52,539 bases of DNA from Gemmatimonadota bacterium (GCA_031372565.1 JANMLN010000077.1:1-52539); one strand, 5' to 3'; shown: positions 39,055-48,341, counted from the stretch's first letter. Numbers and translations: made by a program. Notes: generated from the letters alone by a model not told the origin.

Positions 39055-40193
39055 GCGCGCCACGCACGCGACGCGAGCGTGTCGCCCGATGGCGCGTCTG
39101 GCCGATGCTCTGGAAGGAGTTCATCCAGATGCGGCGCGATCGGCTGACGCTCGCCATGATCGTCGCCTTCCCGGCGCTGCAGCTCGCCCTCTTCGGCTAC
39201 GCGATCCAGACCGACATCCAGCATCAGCCGCTCGTCGTGCTCGACGAATCCCGCTCGAGCGAAAGCCGTGCGCTCGTGGCGACCTTCACCAACTCCGGGA
39301 GCTTCGACTTCGCCGGCGCGGTGCACTCGCGGCCCGAAGCGCAGGATGCGATCGAACGCGGACTCGCGAAGGCGGCGCTCGTGATCCCGCCGGGCTTCAT
39401 GCGCGACATCAAGCGCGGGCGCACGGCCGAGGCACAGGTGCTCGTGAACGCCGCCGACCCGCAGACGTCGGCGGCCGCGATGTCCGGCGCCCAGTTGGCG
39501 ACCCAGGCGCGTGCCGCACAACTGCTCGGCGCGGGGCGCGGGGTACAGCTTCCTGTGCAGGTGAGCGTGCGCCCGTGGTACAACCCGTCGCAACGGAGTG
39601 CGGTGTTCATCGTGCCAGGCGTCATCGGCATTCTGCTGACGCTGACCATGACACTGATCACCTCCACCGCGATCGTGCGCGAACGGGAACGCGGCACGCT
39701 GGAGCAGCTGATCGTGACGCCGATCGGCAAGACGAGCCTGATGCTGGGCAAGCTCGTGCCGTTCGTTGTCGTGGCCTACGTGCAGATGACGGTCGTGATC
39801 CTGTTGGGCAAGCTCGGCTTCAACATGCCGATTCAGGGGTCGTTGCCATTGCTGTACGCGGCCGCGTCGACCTTCATCCTGGCGAGCCTCGGCGTGGGGC
39901 TGCTCATCTCGACGCTCGCGCGCACGCAGGCGCAGGCGATGCAGCTGTCGTTCTTCTTCGTGATGCCCAACATCCTGCTGTCGGGCTACGTCTTTCCGCG
40001 CGAGGCGATGCCCATGCCCGCGCAGTGGGTCGGGCTGGCGCTGCCGTTGACGCACTTTCTCAAGGTCATCCGGCGTATCCTGCTCATGGGCACGGGACCC
40101 CAGCAGATCTGGCGCGAGTGGCTGATCATGGCGGCGATCGCGGCCGTGCTGGTGACGGTGAGCGTGCGCCGGTTCAGCAAGACGATCGAGTAA
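39051..40193 (+). CDS. ABC-2 type transporter permease (YbhR/S-like)
   Basis: KEFIQMRRD, WYNP, IVRERERGTLEQL..TP, LLSGYVFP. Confidence 0.93.
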   Translation: MSAPRTRRERVARWRVWPMLWKEFIQMRRDRLTLAMIVAFPALQLALFGYAIQTDIQHQPLVVLDESRSSESRALVATFTNSGSFDFAGAVHSRPEAQDAIERGLAKAALVIPPGFMRDIKRGRTAEAQVLVNAADPQTSAAAMSGAQLATQARAAQLLGAGRGVQLPVQVSVRPWYNPSQRSAVFIVPGVIGILLTLTMTLITSTAIVRERERGTLEQLIVTPIGKTSLMLGKLVPFVVVAYVQMTVVILLGKLGFNMPIQGSLPLLYAAASTFILASLGVGLLISTLARTQAQAMQLSFFFVMPNILLSGYVFPREAMPMPAQWVGLALPLTHFLKVIRRILLMGTGPQQIWREWLIMAAIAAVLVTVSVRRFSKTIE

Positions 40194-40194
40194 C

Positions 40195-40254
40195 GTCGTC
40201 CTGAGCGAAGCGAAGGACCTGCTTGTCGTCCTGAGCGAAGCGAAGGACCTGCTT
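40195..40254 (+). repeat. Two tandem REP-like 30-bp units
   Basis: GTCGTCCTGAGCGAAGCGAAGGACCTGCTT x2 with no spacer. Confidence 0.95.
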
Positions 40255-40292
40255 CTGCCGTTGCCTTCAAGTGCGTGACTCCCACCGCACGC

Positions 40293-40676
40293 TCAGCGCC
40301 TGGCCACCAGCTCGATCTCGACCCGCGCGCCGAGCGGCAGTCCGGCCACCGCGACGGTGGTGCGAGCCGGGTAGGGCGCCGCGAACCGCTCCTTGTACGC
40401 GCCGTTCATGGCGGCGAAGTCGGCCATGTCGGTGAGGTAGACGTTGCACTTGATCACGTGATCCATCGTGAGTCCTGCGTCTTCGACCACCGCCTGCAGG
40501 TTGTCGAACGCGCGGTGTGTCTGCGCGGCCACGTCGCCGTCAATCAGCGTGCCAATCGCGGGATCAATTGGCGTCTGCCCGGAGCAATAGAGCAGGTCGC
40601 CCGCCCAGACCGCGTGGGAGTACGGGCCAATGGCGGCGGGGCCGCGCGGGCTGACAACGTTGTCGCGAATGGTCAC
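40293..40676 (-). CDS. ridA: RidA / YjgF / UK114 family enamine deaminase
   Basis: AAIGPYS, SGQ, VYLTDMADFAAMN, YPART, LP.GARVEIE; GTG start with GGAG upstream. Confidence 0.88.
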   Translation of the reverse strand: MTIRDNVVSPRGPAAIGPYSHAVWAGDLLYCSGQTPIDPAIGTLIDGDVAAQTHRAFDNLQAVVEDAGLTMDHVIKCNVYLTDMADFAAMNGAYKERFAAPYPARTTVAVAGLPLGARVEIELVARR

Positions 40677-40694
40677 GGGAGCCCCGGTTGTATT

Positions 40695-40800
40695 GTCGTC
40701 CTGAGCAAAGCGAAGGACCTGCTTGAGCCTCTGTCGTCCTGAGCAAAGCGAAGGACCTGCTTGAGCGGCTGTCGTCCTGAGCAAAGCGAAGGACCTGCTT
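40695..40800 (+). repeat. Three REP-like 30-bp units with 8-nt linkers (38-bp period)
   Basis: GTCGTCCTGAGCAAAGCGAAGGACCTGCTT at 40695, 40733 and 40771; linkers GAGCCTCT and GAGCGGCT. Confidence 0.95.
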
Positions 40801-40955
40801 CTCGCTCTTCTCGCACATCTAGCGGATAACCTGCCCACCACCGCCCGCTCTAAATTACCCCCCCAGCAGCCCACCACCGCCACCTCTACCCGTATCACAC
40901 TCCTCGGCAGCGAGCGCCGCCCCCGCCCGCCCCCGCGATCCTCCCGTTCATTATC

Positions 40956-40982
40956 TGAACCGCGCTCCGCGCGATATCGTTA
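40956..40982 (+). promoter_or_regulatory. Putative ECF promoter TGAACC-N16-CGTTA for osmC
   Basis: 46 bp upstream of ATG; same -35 box and spacing as the msrP motif. Confidence 0.55.
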
Positions 40983-41028
40983 ACGCAGGCACACCACCAG
41001 GCACGTCACCATCACGGGAGACTCAACC

Positions 41029-41454
41029 ATGGCCGTTCGCAACGCAACCGCGCAGTGGGAAGGCAAGCTGCGCGACGGGAAGGGCAGCTTCGCCGGCGAG
41101 AGCGGCATGCTCTCTGGCGCCTTCGATTTCGGCACCCGCTTTGGCGTCACCAAGGGGACCAACCCGGAAGAAATGATCGGCGCCGCGCATGCCGCCTGCT
41201 TCTCCATGGCCCTCTCCGCCGGCCTCGAACGTGCGGGCTTCCCTCCAACCAAGGTCGAAACTGCGGCCAAGGTCACGATCGACAAGGTCGGCGAGAACTT
41301 CCGCATCACGAACATCGCCCTCACCACCCGCGCCTCGGTCCCCGGGATTGACGCCGCCGCCTTCGCCGCGGCAGCCGAGGCCACCAAGACCGGCTGCATC
41401 ATCTCCGCGGCACTCGCGAGCGTGCCGATCACCCTCGATGCGGCACTGGTGTAG
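41029..41454 (+). CDS. osmC: OsmC family peroxiredoxin
   Basis: WEG..DGKG, TRF....GTNPEEMIGAAHAACFSMAL, K.GC.IS.AL; GGGAG RBS. Confidence 0.95.
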   Translation: MAVRNATAQWEGKLRDGKGSFAGESGMLSGAFDFGTRFGVTKGTNPEEMIGAAHAACFSMALSAGLERAGFPPTKVETAAKVTIDKVGENFRITNIALTTRASVPGIDAAAFAAAAEATKTGCIISAALASVPITLDAALV

Positions 41455-41659
41455 GAGGGGTGAGGAGAGGGGGAGAAGTGCGGGGATGGGAGACACCGAG
41501 CACACCGAGACGCACAGAGAAAGACCAAGACATAAGCAACTTGCCAGCCAAAAGAGCCTCAGACGCCGTCAGTGGGCGCTCACGCCGGATTTCTCTGTGA
41601 ACCTCTGTGTGCTCGGTGTCTCCCATCCCCGCACTCCTCCGTGCCCTCCTCACCCCTCC
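41454..41659. repeat. 206-bp element with ~70-bp imperfect terminal inverted repeats (MITE/REPIN-like)
   Basis: Arms 41454-41522 and 41590-41659 share a perfect 29-bp core AGTGCGGGGATGGGAGACACCGAGCACAC and 14-bp outer ends. Confidence 0.85.
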
Positions 41660-41672
41660 AGCACCCCAAGAA

Positions 41673-41699
41673 TGAACCGAATCCCCCCCTCGTGCGTAT
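41673..41699 (+). promoter_or_regulatory. Putative ECF promoter TGAACC-N16-CGTAT for msrPQ
   Basis: 25 bp upstream of ATG 41725. Confidence 0.55.
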
Positions 41700-41724
41700 C
41701 TCACGAGACCCCAACTCCCCCCCC

Positions 41725-42645
41725 ATGCTGATCCGCTCCACCCCCGACATCCCGTCCTCGGAAATCACCCCCGAGGCAGCCTACCTGAACCGCCGCGACT
41801 TCCTCGGCCGTTCCGCCGGCGCCCTCGCGGCCGCCTCGATCGGTGGCGCGCTTGGCGCTGTGCTCCCCAGCCGCGCCAGCGCTCAGGGTGACGACGACAA
41901 GCTGACCCCGTACGAGGATGTCACCACGTACAACAACTTCTACGAGTTCGGCACCGACAAGGCCGACCCCGCAGAGACGTCCAAGGGGTTCAAGACCAAG
42001 CCGTGGACGGTCAAGGTGGACGGCCTCGTCAAGCGACCGGCGGACTATCAGCTCGAGGAGTTCATCAAGCCGCACAAGCTCGAAGACCGCACCTATCGCC
42101 ACCGCTGCGTGGAAGCGTGGAGCATGGTCATCCCGTGGCAGGGGATCCCGATGGCCAGCGTCATCAAGGCGCTCGAGCCGCTCCCGAGTGCCAAGTTCGT
42201 GCAGTTCCAGACACTGTTCGACCCGTCGCGGATGCCCGGCCAGCAGCGGCCCGTCCTGCAGTGGCCGTACACCGAAGGGCTCCGCATGGACGAGGCGATG
42301 CACCCTTTGGCCATGTTCGGCACCGGGCTCTACGGCAAGACACTCCTGCCGCAGAACGGCGCGCCGCTCCGCACCATCACGCCGTGGAAGTACGGCTTCA
42401 AGGCCACCAAGTCGATCGTGCGCATCACCTTCACCGACAAGATGCCGCGCACGGCCTGGAATATTGCCGCGCCCAACGAGTACGGCTTCTACGCCAACGT
42501 GAACCCCGAAGTCGATCACCCACGCTGGACGCAGGCCAAGGAGCGCCGCATCGGCGAGTTCCGCCGTCGCGCCACGCTCATGTTCAACGGGTATCCGCAG
42601 GTCGCGTCGCTCTACAGCGGCCTCGATCTGCGCACCAACTACTAG
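41725..42645 (+). CDS. msrP: Protein-methionine-sulfoxide reductase catalytic subunit
   Basis: [14 protein letters not shown] Tat, [53 protein letters not shown]. Confidence 0.96.
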   Translation: MLIRSTPDIPSSEITPEAAYLNRRDFLGRSAGALAAASIGGALGAVLPSRASAQGDDDKLTPYEDVTTYNNFYEFGTDKADPAETSKGFKTKPWTVKVDGLVKRPADYQLEEFIKPHKLEDRTYRHRCVEAWSMVIPWQGIPMASVIKALEPLPSAKFVQFQTLFDPSRMPGQQRPVLQWPYTEGLRMDEAMHPLAMFGTGLYGKTLLPQNGAPLRTITPWKYGFKATKSIVRITFTDKMPRTAWNIAAPNEYGFYANVNPEVDHPRWTQAKERRIGEFRRRATLMFNGYPQVASLYSGLDLRTNY

Positions 42646-42659
42646 AACTCTCGTAGATC

Positions 42660-43328
42660 GTGCCGTTCACACTGCCGCTCGCGCTGCCGGCCAAGGTCGC
42701 GGCGTTCCAACCGCCCAAGTGGACCCGCTGGCTGGTCCACGCCGGCTGCGCGCTCGTCGTCCTCGTCCCGGTCGGCGCACTCGCCTCGGATCTCTTCGGC
42801 GGCACGCGCCTGCTCGGTTCCAACCCGATCAAGGAGGGCGAGCACATCCTGGGCGAATGGACGCTCCGGATGCTCATGTTCACGCTGCTCGTGACCCCGA
42901 TCCGCCAGCTCACCGGGTGGAACTGGCTCCAGAAGTACCGCCGCATCTTCGGTGTCTGGGCGTTCGTGATCGGCTGCACCCACCTGCTCGCGTGGGCCGG
43001 CCTCGATGTCGAGTTCGACTGGGCCGATATCCAGAAGGACCTGACCAAGCGGTGGTACATCATGATCGGGATGGCCGGATGGCTGCTCATGGTGCCCCTC
43101 GTGGTCACGAGCACCTCCGGCATGGTCAAGCGGCTCGGCAAGAAGTGGGTGCCGCTCCATCGCCTCATCTACCCGACCGTGGTGCTCGGCTGCATCCACT
43201 TCTTCATGGCGCTCAAGAAGGACTACGAAGACGCGATCATCTTTACCGCGCTCTTTGCCGTGCTCTTCGCCTGGCGCATTTACATGAGCGTGCGCAAGCG
43301 CGCGGCCGCGCGGGCCGTGGCCGCGTGA
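42660..43328 (+). CDS. msrQ: Protein-methionine-sulfoxide reductase heme-binding subunit
   Basis: G.W.L..L..TL.VTP, RR.FG, H ligands, W..LHRLIY; directly follows msrP. Confidence 0.92.
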   Translation: MPFTLPLALPAKVAAFQPPKWTRWLVHAGCALVVLVPVGALASDLFGGTRLLGSNPIKEGEHILGEWTLRMLMFTLLVTPIRQLTGWNWLQKYRRIFGVWAFVIGCTHLLAWAGLDVEFDWADIQKDLTKRWYIMIGMAGWLLMVPLVVTSTSGMVKRLGKKWVPLHRLIYPTVVLGCIHFFMALKKDYEDAIIFTALFAVLFAWRIYMSVRKRAAARAVAA

Positions 43329-43741
43329 GGTACGACGAGGTGGCGGTGGGGCAGACAGCCGAGCTCGTACGCACGGTGACCGAGCACGACCTGCAGGCGT
43401 TCGCGGACGCGACGGGCGACACCAACCCGCTCCACCTCGACGAAGCGATCGCGGCGACCACGATGTACGAGGGGCGCATCGCGCACGGCATGCTGAGCGC
43501 CGGCTTCATCTCGGCGGTCATCGGGACCCAACTGCCCGGCTTCGGGTGCGCATACGTGTCGCAGTCACTGGCGTTCAAGCGGCCGGTGCGAATCGGCGAC
43601 ACGATCACGACGCGCTGCGAAGTGATCGAGCGGATCGTTGACGAGCGCCAGCTCCGGCTCAACACGACCTGCACCAACCAGAAGGGGAAGGTGGTCACCG
43701 AAGGGGAAGCGATCGTGTTGATGCCAGCCGAGATGGGATGA
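43325..43741 (+). CDS. MaoC family (R)-enoyl-CoA hydratase/dehydratase
   Basis: FADATGDTNPLH, IAHGML, LPG.G, F.RPV.IGD; GTGA overlap with msrQ. Confidence 0.9.
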   Translation: MRYDEVAVGQTAELVRTVTEHDLQAFADATGDTNPLHLDEAIAATTMYEGRIAHGMLSAGFISAVIGTQLPGFGCAYVSQSLAFKRPVRIGDTITTRCEVIERIVDERQLRLNTTCTNQKGKVVTEGEAIVLMPAEMG

Positions 43742-43784
43742 GACGTCCTGCGCGACCGCCGAGCGCTAGCTTGTGTGGACGCCC

Positions 43785-44966
43785 ATGCCTACTCATCGCT
43801 TCGACGCCTTCGCTGTCACCGCTCCCGGCCTCTCGCCTCTCTGTGCCGCGGAGCTGCGTGCCATCGGCATGCGCCCCACCAGTGAAGACCCCGCCGGCGT
43901 CGGTTTCAGCGCCGATGCCGCGCACCTCATCCGCGCCAACCTCTGGCTTCGCACGCCAAGCCGGGTGATTGTCCGGATCGCGCAGTTCAAGGCCACCACG
44001 TTCAAGGACCTGCAGCTCACCGCCGGCAACATCCAGTGGGAGCAGGTCATCCAGAAGGGGCAGGCCGTCGCACTGCGCGTGACCTGCAAGAAGTCGAAGC
44101 TCATCCATTCGGGCGCCGTGGCACAGCGCGTGGGCGACGCGATTACCGCCGCCACCGGCTCGGCCATTGTGCGCGCGACGGGCGTGGAGGACGCCGATGA
44201 TGACGATGGTGCCGAAGCGGCGCCCGCCGTACCACCGCAGCTGATCATCGTGCGCTTCGACCGGGACGTCTGCACCATCAGCGCCGACAGCTCGGGCGAA
44301 TTGCTGCACCGCCGTGGGTATCGCCAGATGCTCGCCAAGGCGCCGATGCGCGAAACCCTCGCCGCGGGCCTCCTGCTCTCGGCCGGCTACACCGGCGCGG
44401 AACCGCTCATCGATCCGATGTGCGGCAGTGGCACCATCGCGATCGAGGCGGCGCTGATCGCGCGCAACATCGCGCCGGGCCTCCATCGCTCCTTTGCCTG
44501 CACCACCTGGGGGCAGGTGGGCGCGACGGTCGATGCCGCCGAGCGCCAGCGGGCGCGTGGGCAGGTCAAGGCGGCGGCGAGCGCGCCGATCATCGGCACC
44601 GACCGGGACGCGGGGGCCATCGTGGCGTCCAACGCGAACGCGGAGCGCGCCGGCGTGGCCGCAGACATCCAGTTCGCCGTCCGGGCGCTCTCGGCGCTCG
44701 AGGCGCCCACGTCACCTGGCGGGCTGCTCGCCACCAACCCGCCGTATGGCGCACGAGTCGGCGCCACACGCGACCTGCGCGATCTCTACGCGCGCGTTGG
44801 CCAGGTTGCTCGCACGCTGCTGCCGGGCTGGCGCGTGGCGATGGTGAGTGCCGACCGCGAACTCGAACGCGCCACCGATCTGGCGCTCGAGGAGAAGGTC
44901 CGCACCTCCAACGGTGGGATCCCGGTGCGGTTCATGGTGGCCGCCGTGCCTGCGCTTTCGGACTGA
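43785..44966 (+). CDS. THUMP-domain class I SAM RNA methyltransferase (RlmL-like)
   Basis: ANLWLR, DSSG.LLHRRGYR, APMRETLAA, DPMCGSGT, TNPPYG. Confidence 0.9.
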   Translation: MPTHRFDAFAVTAPGLSPLCAAELRAIGMRPTSEDPAGVGFSADAAHLIRANLWLRTPSRVIVRIAQFKATTFKDLQLTAGNIQWEQVIQKGQAVALRVTCKKSKLIHSGAVAQRVGDAITAATGSAIVRATGVEDADDDDGAEAAPAVPPQLIIVRFDRDVCTISADSSGELLHRRGYRQMLAKAPMRETLAAGLLLSAGYTGAEPLIDPMCGSGTIAIEAALIARNIAPGLHRSFACTTWGQVGATVDAAERQRARGQVKAAASAPIIGTDRDAGAIVASNANAERAGVAADIQFAVRALSALEAPTSPGGLLATNPPYGARVGATRDLRDLYARVGQVARTLLPGWRVAMVSADRELERATDLALEEKVRTSNGGIPVRFMVAAVPALSD

Positions 44967-45002
44967 CATACACCGGGCGTGCGGCCGGTGTATGTCAGTC
45001 CG
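44959..45002. terminator. Perfect 18-bp stem-loop overlapping the methyltransferase stop codon
   Basis: CGGACTGACATACACCGG-8 nt-CCGGTGTATGTCAGTCCG; no U-tract, so terminator function is uncertain. Confidence 0.5.
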
Positions 45003-45055
45003 CATGACCGTCGCCTGATCGCTCGACAGAGACTCTTTGTCCGCTCCCGCCCCGC

Positions 45056-45580
45056 ATGCTCGACCTCTTCGGTACCTCGCACCCGCCGCATGACGTGCCG
45101 GCTCCCGTCGGCGCACCGCGTGTCGTGAGCGTCAATGTGTCGCCGGGCGGCGTCCCCAAACGTCCGGTGTCGCAGGCCTGGATTGGGACCAAGGGAGTCG
45201 AAGGCGACGCGCAGCGCGACCTGCGCTTCCACGGCGGACCGGAGCGCGCGGTGTGCCTGCTCGGCCTGGAGCTGATCGAGGCGCTGCGCGCCGAGGGCCA
45301 TTCGATCAGCCCTGGCAGTTCGGGCGAGAACCTGACGATCGCCGGGGTGGATTGGCGCGCACTGGTGCCCGGAGCGGTGCTCGAGGTCGGCGACGCGGAG
45401 CTCGAGATCGCGAGCTACACGGCCCCGTGCAAGACGATCAAGGGCTCGTTCGCAAAGGGTGACTTCAAGCGGCTGTCGCAGAAGGTGCACCCGGGGTGGA
45501 GCCGGTTGTACGCACGGGTGCTACGCGAGGGGTCCGTGAAGGCGGGCGATACGGTTCGGGTCGGGCGTGACTCGATGTGA
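45056..45580 (+). CDS. MOSC domain protein (YiiM-like)
   Basis: GGVPK, HGGPERAV, GENLT, PCKTI, YARVLREGSV..GD. Confidence 0.9.
   Translation: MLDLFGTSHPPHDVPAPVGAPRVVSVNVSPGGVPKRPVSQAWIGTKGVEGDAQRDLRFHGGPERAVCLLGLELIEALRAEGHSISPGSSGENLTIAGVDWRALVPGAVLEVGDAELEIASYTAPCKTIKGSFAKGDFKRLSQKVHPGWSRLYARVLREGSVKAGDTVRVGRDSM
45452..45580 (+). repeat. Copy A of 129-bp direct repeat (MOSC gene 3' end)
   Basis: Aligns to 49310-49437 with 13 differences by manual count. Confidence 0.92.
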
Positions 45581-45588
45581 GTACACAC

Positions 45589-45608
45589 GGGATAGGAATC
45601 TCGATCGG
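45589..45608 (-). other. oriIS-like terminus
   Basis: Minus strand CCGATCGAGATTCCTATCCC, 23 bp after the stop of the transposase tail; IS91/ISCR oriIS ends carry a TTCCTAT core. Confidence 0.6.
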
Positions 45609-45631
45609 GGTCGGTCGAGTATGCGGCGCAC

Positions 45632-45764
45632 TCATCGGGGAGTCGGGGCCTCGGCGAACGGGCGTGGAGCGCACGCGGGGCCCCCGCTCGCGGGGGCCCG
45701 CGTCGATGGCGGGCTCCGCGGCCCGGCGTGCACCTCACATGAGGCGCGGGTCCGCAGGTGGGTG
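45632..45764 (-). pseudogene. IS91/ISCR-like transposase, extreme C-terminal tail
   Basis: THLRTRA...GPRSPPSTRAP...PTPR*; continues the relic at 49069-49313, which ends LLTHLRTRA. Confidence 0.65.
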
Positions 45765-45891
45765 CGTGCTGTCGCGTGCGGGAAGTGCAGTGCCGCGATA
45801 GGTTCGACGCACGACCTACTGCGCGCGGCGGGTCGTCTGGGCCTCGTGCACGTTTCGCCGCCGCTGCCCACCCCTCACGCGTGAGGCTCCA

Positions 45892-46293
45892 GTGGCACAG
45901 ATCACCCGCCCCGTGCTCGTCATCTCCGGTCGCGGCGCGAATCGCCGACTCGACGTCACGCTCCACGTGGTGCTCGACGCCGATGACCGGCTGCCGACGG
46001 CGAAGCGCGGTGGCGCGTTGGCGGTGGCCGCCGAGATCCGGGAGCACGACCGCGGCGGTGCGTGGATTCGGCGGCCGATCTTCACGTTCGAGGATGTCAC
46101 GCTGCAGGGGGGTGACTTCAACGGCGATCGCATGACCGACGTCGCCTTGACCACGCGCCTCGCTCGTCGCGACCTGAATGAGGACCTCGTGGGGCGCGAC
46201 GAGGTCATCGCCCAGGTGTGGCTCATCGACCTGCGCGGTCGCCGTCCGCGCGAGATCGACAGCATGGCGTCGTGGCCCGTGCGGGTCGTCTAG
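45892..46293 (+). CDS. Hypothetical protein (cargo)
   Basis: GAGG 7 nt before GTG, protein-like composition, converges on a short hairpin with the next gene. Confidence 0.55.
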   Translation: MAQITRPVLVISGRGANRRLDVTLHVVLDADDRLPTAKRGGALAVAAEIREHDRGGAWIRRPIFTFEDVTLQGGDFNGDRMTDVALTTRLARRDLNEDLVGRDEVIAQVWLIDLRGRRPREIDSMASWPVRVV

Positions 46294-46309
46294 GAGTCGG
46301 CCTTGCTCC

Positions 46310-47870
46310 CTACGGTCCCACCTTCTTGCGGAGTTCGTCGAAGAAGTTGGTGATCACGAGCAGGGGCAGCGTGCCCGGGCGGTCCACGTGCTTGACCAGC
46401 AGGAACGGGTTGCCGTCGGACGCAGCGTCGAAGCCGAGGGCAGCGGGATAGGCGCCGTCGAAGAGCTTGTGTGGCTTCCCGACTTGGCCGGCGGCGAGGT
46501 CCACGTCCACGGCGAACACCGCGGTGCCGCGCCGGAATACCAGTTCGCGACCGCCTCGGGTCCAGCGCGGCCCCCAGTCCGCACTGTCGCCGGCCGTCAC
46601 CTGTATGACACCTGGCGTGCCGTCGGACCGGTACAAACGAACTGAGTTTCCCCCTGGCGCAGTCCCCGGGCCGACGACCGCGAGCCATCGCCCATCCGGG
46701 GAGAACACTCCCGCGCTCAGGAAGATGCTGGTATCGCCGATGGCCCGGCCCGGCCCCGATCCCGCGATTAGCGCCACGCGGACCCTGCTGCCGAAAATCC
46801 CCGGGCTGTAGTACGCGACTTCGGTGCCGTCAGGGGACAGCGACACCGGCAACTTGTCGGCAGTGTTCGAGACAACGGCCGTCGGTTTGCCGCTACCGTC
46901 AAGCGCCATACGGTAGATGTCGTACGAGGGCGTCTCGTTCGTAAAGACGACCTCGCGACCGTCCGGCGCCCACACGCCGTTTAAGGCGGAGGCCGTGGCG
47001 CGCGTGACCTGCGTCAGCAGCTCGCGCTGCAGGTCGTACATCCTCAGGTTGCGGACGGTGCCATCGGCGCCGACCGTGACGAGGATGCGACTCTGATCCG
47101 GCGACATGCGCGGCGTGCGAAACGCGCCCGTCGACGGAATCGCGGGCGACTCCTTGCCGTCTCGGGTCACCCATACCACCCGGGCGTCCACTGCATACTC
47201 CGACTGGCGCAGCACGGCCAGCGTGCCGTTGTCGGAGATCGAGATCGCGGCCATCCCCTCGCTTGGCTGGCTCACGACGTCGTCGAGCGCGAGCACCGGT
47301 GCGCACTCGGGGCGCAGCTTCACCGGATCGAACCGGACGGCGAACAGCGCGTTGCCCCGGACGAAGAGCACGTGTCCGGATCTCGCATAGATCGGGCGGA
47401 AGCCGTTCTCAGCGATGACGACGCGTCGGCGGCTCTCGAGCTCAATCGCCTCCACGCGCGACGCCGGGCGGCGATAGCTGGTGAAGAGCACCGCGCGGCC
47501 ACCCGGCAGTGCCATGGGCCCCCAGTGGCCGATCTCGCCCGTCGCGGTGTCGGGCGTGGTCAGCAACTCGACCGGACCGCCAGCGCTCGGCACCCGCGCG
47601 AGGCCGTTGTTCCGCCCCTGGCAGACGATGGAGTTTGCGTCCAGCCAATCGAGCCCGGGACCACACTGGCCCACCTCACTCGACGCGCCTCCCTCGATCG
47701 GGATCTTCCGAACGGACCCCGCCTGAAAGCACGCCAGCCACCGACCGTCCGGAGAAACCTTCACGGCCGCGTTCTTGACGCCGGGCAGCACGCTCGGCGC
47801 GAGCGAGGCCAAGTCGCGAATGTTCAGTCCGGCGCTTCCGCTCTGCATGACCTGGCGGCCATCGCGCGAG
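46310..47870 (-). pseudogene. 5'-truncated PD40/TolB-like beta-propeller region of a kinase-propeller protein
   Basis: Repeated SPDG/APDG blades; C-terminal LLVITNFFDELR; no kinase domain, signal peptide or convincing start; 5' boundary approximate. Confidence 0.7.
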
Positions 47871-48140
47871 TGCGAGTCGGCGGCGCCTGAGCTCCGCACG
47901 CAGCGCATGACCGACCTCTCACAGGAAGGGGCGGTTCCACGCGCCCAGCCTCACCGCAAAACCGGATCGCTTCCGTTGACTGGTCTCGACGCAGCGGTGC
48001 ATCGCCCGGTTTGCCGTGTCGCCGGTGACGAGGCGCGGACGGAACGCGGCGTACGTGCCGTCCGAGCGCACCGCAGTCTGGGCGATGGAAGGCCGTGGCC
48101 GTGGGATCGGCCGCATGCTGAACACCGCTGCGCTGGCCTG

Positions 48141-48160
48141 TTGTCGGTTCGGCTCGACAA
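48141..48160. promoter_or_regulatory. Putative enhancer-binding-protein site TTGTCG-N8-CGACAA
   Basis: Inverted repeat of TGT-N12-ACA type about 115 bp upstream of a sigma54 site. Confidence 0.5.
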
Positions 48161-48275
48161 GTGTTTGCGGTACGGGCGCCACACCGCATGTTTACCGCGT
48201 TGAGAGTCCCGCGGCGTGTACGGCACAAGTTGTTGCCCCAGTTGAGTTTATCCGGACCGGCCGCCGGAGAGATCA

Positions 48276-48291
48276 TGGCATGAATCGTGCG
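48276..48291 (+). promoter_or_regulatory. Sigma54 -24/-12 promoter
   Basis: TGGCATGAATCGTGCG: GG-N10-GC, about 50 bp upstream of the PEP-CTERM gene. Confidence 0.7.
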
Positions 48292-48341
48292 TTAAGATCT
48301 TCAACACGTTCCACCTAAACCTCTCGAGCACAAGGATTCGC

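Noticed and set aside
40195..40800. CRISPR array
   Set aside because: The repeat is 30 bp and palindromic, but spacers are 0 or 8 nt and near-identical, there are no cas genes or leader, and a lone copy occurs 25 kb away
40820..40945. C-rich intergenic tract / N-terminal extension of the ridA ORF
   Set aside because: The extension just translates the repeats and low-complexity DNA; the RidA fold begins at 40676
48221..48236. Second sigma54 site CGGCACAAGTTGTTGC
   Set aside because: GG-to-GC spacing is 11 rather than the required 10
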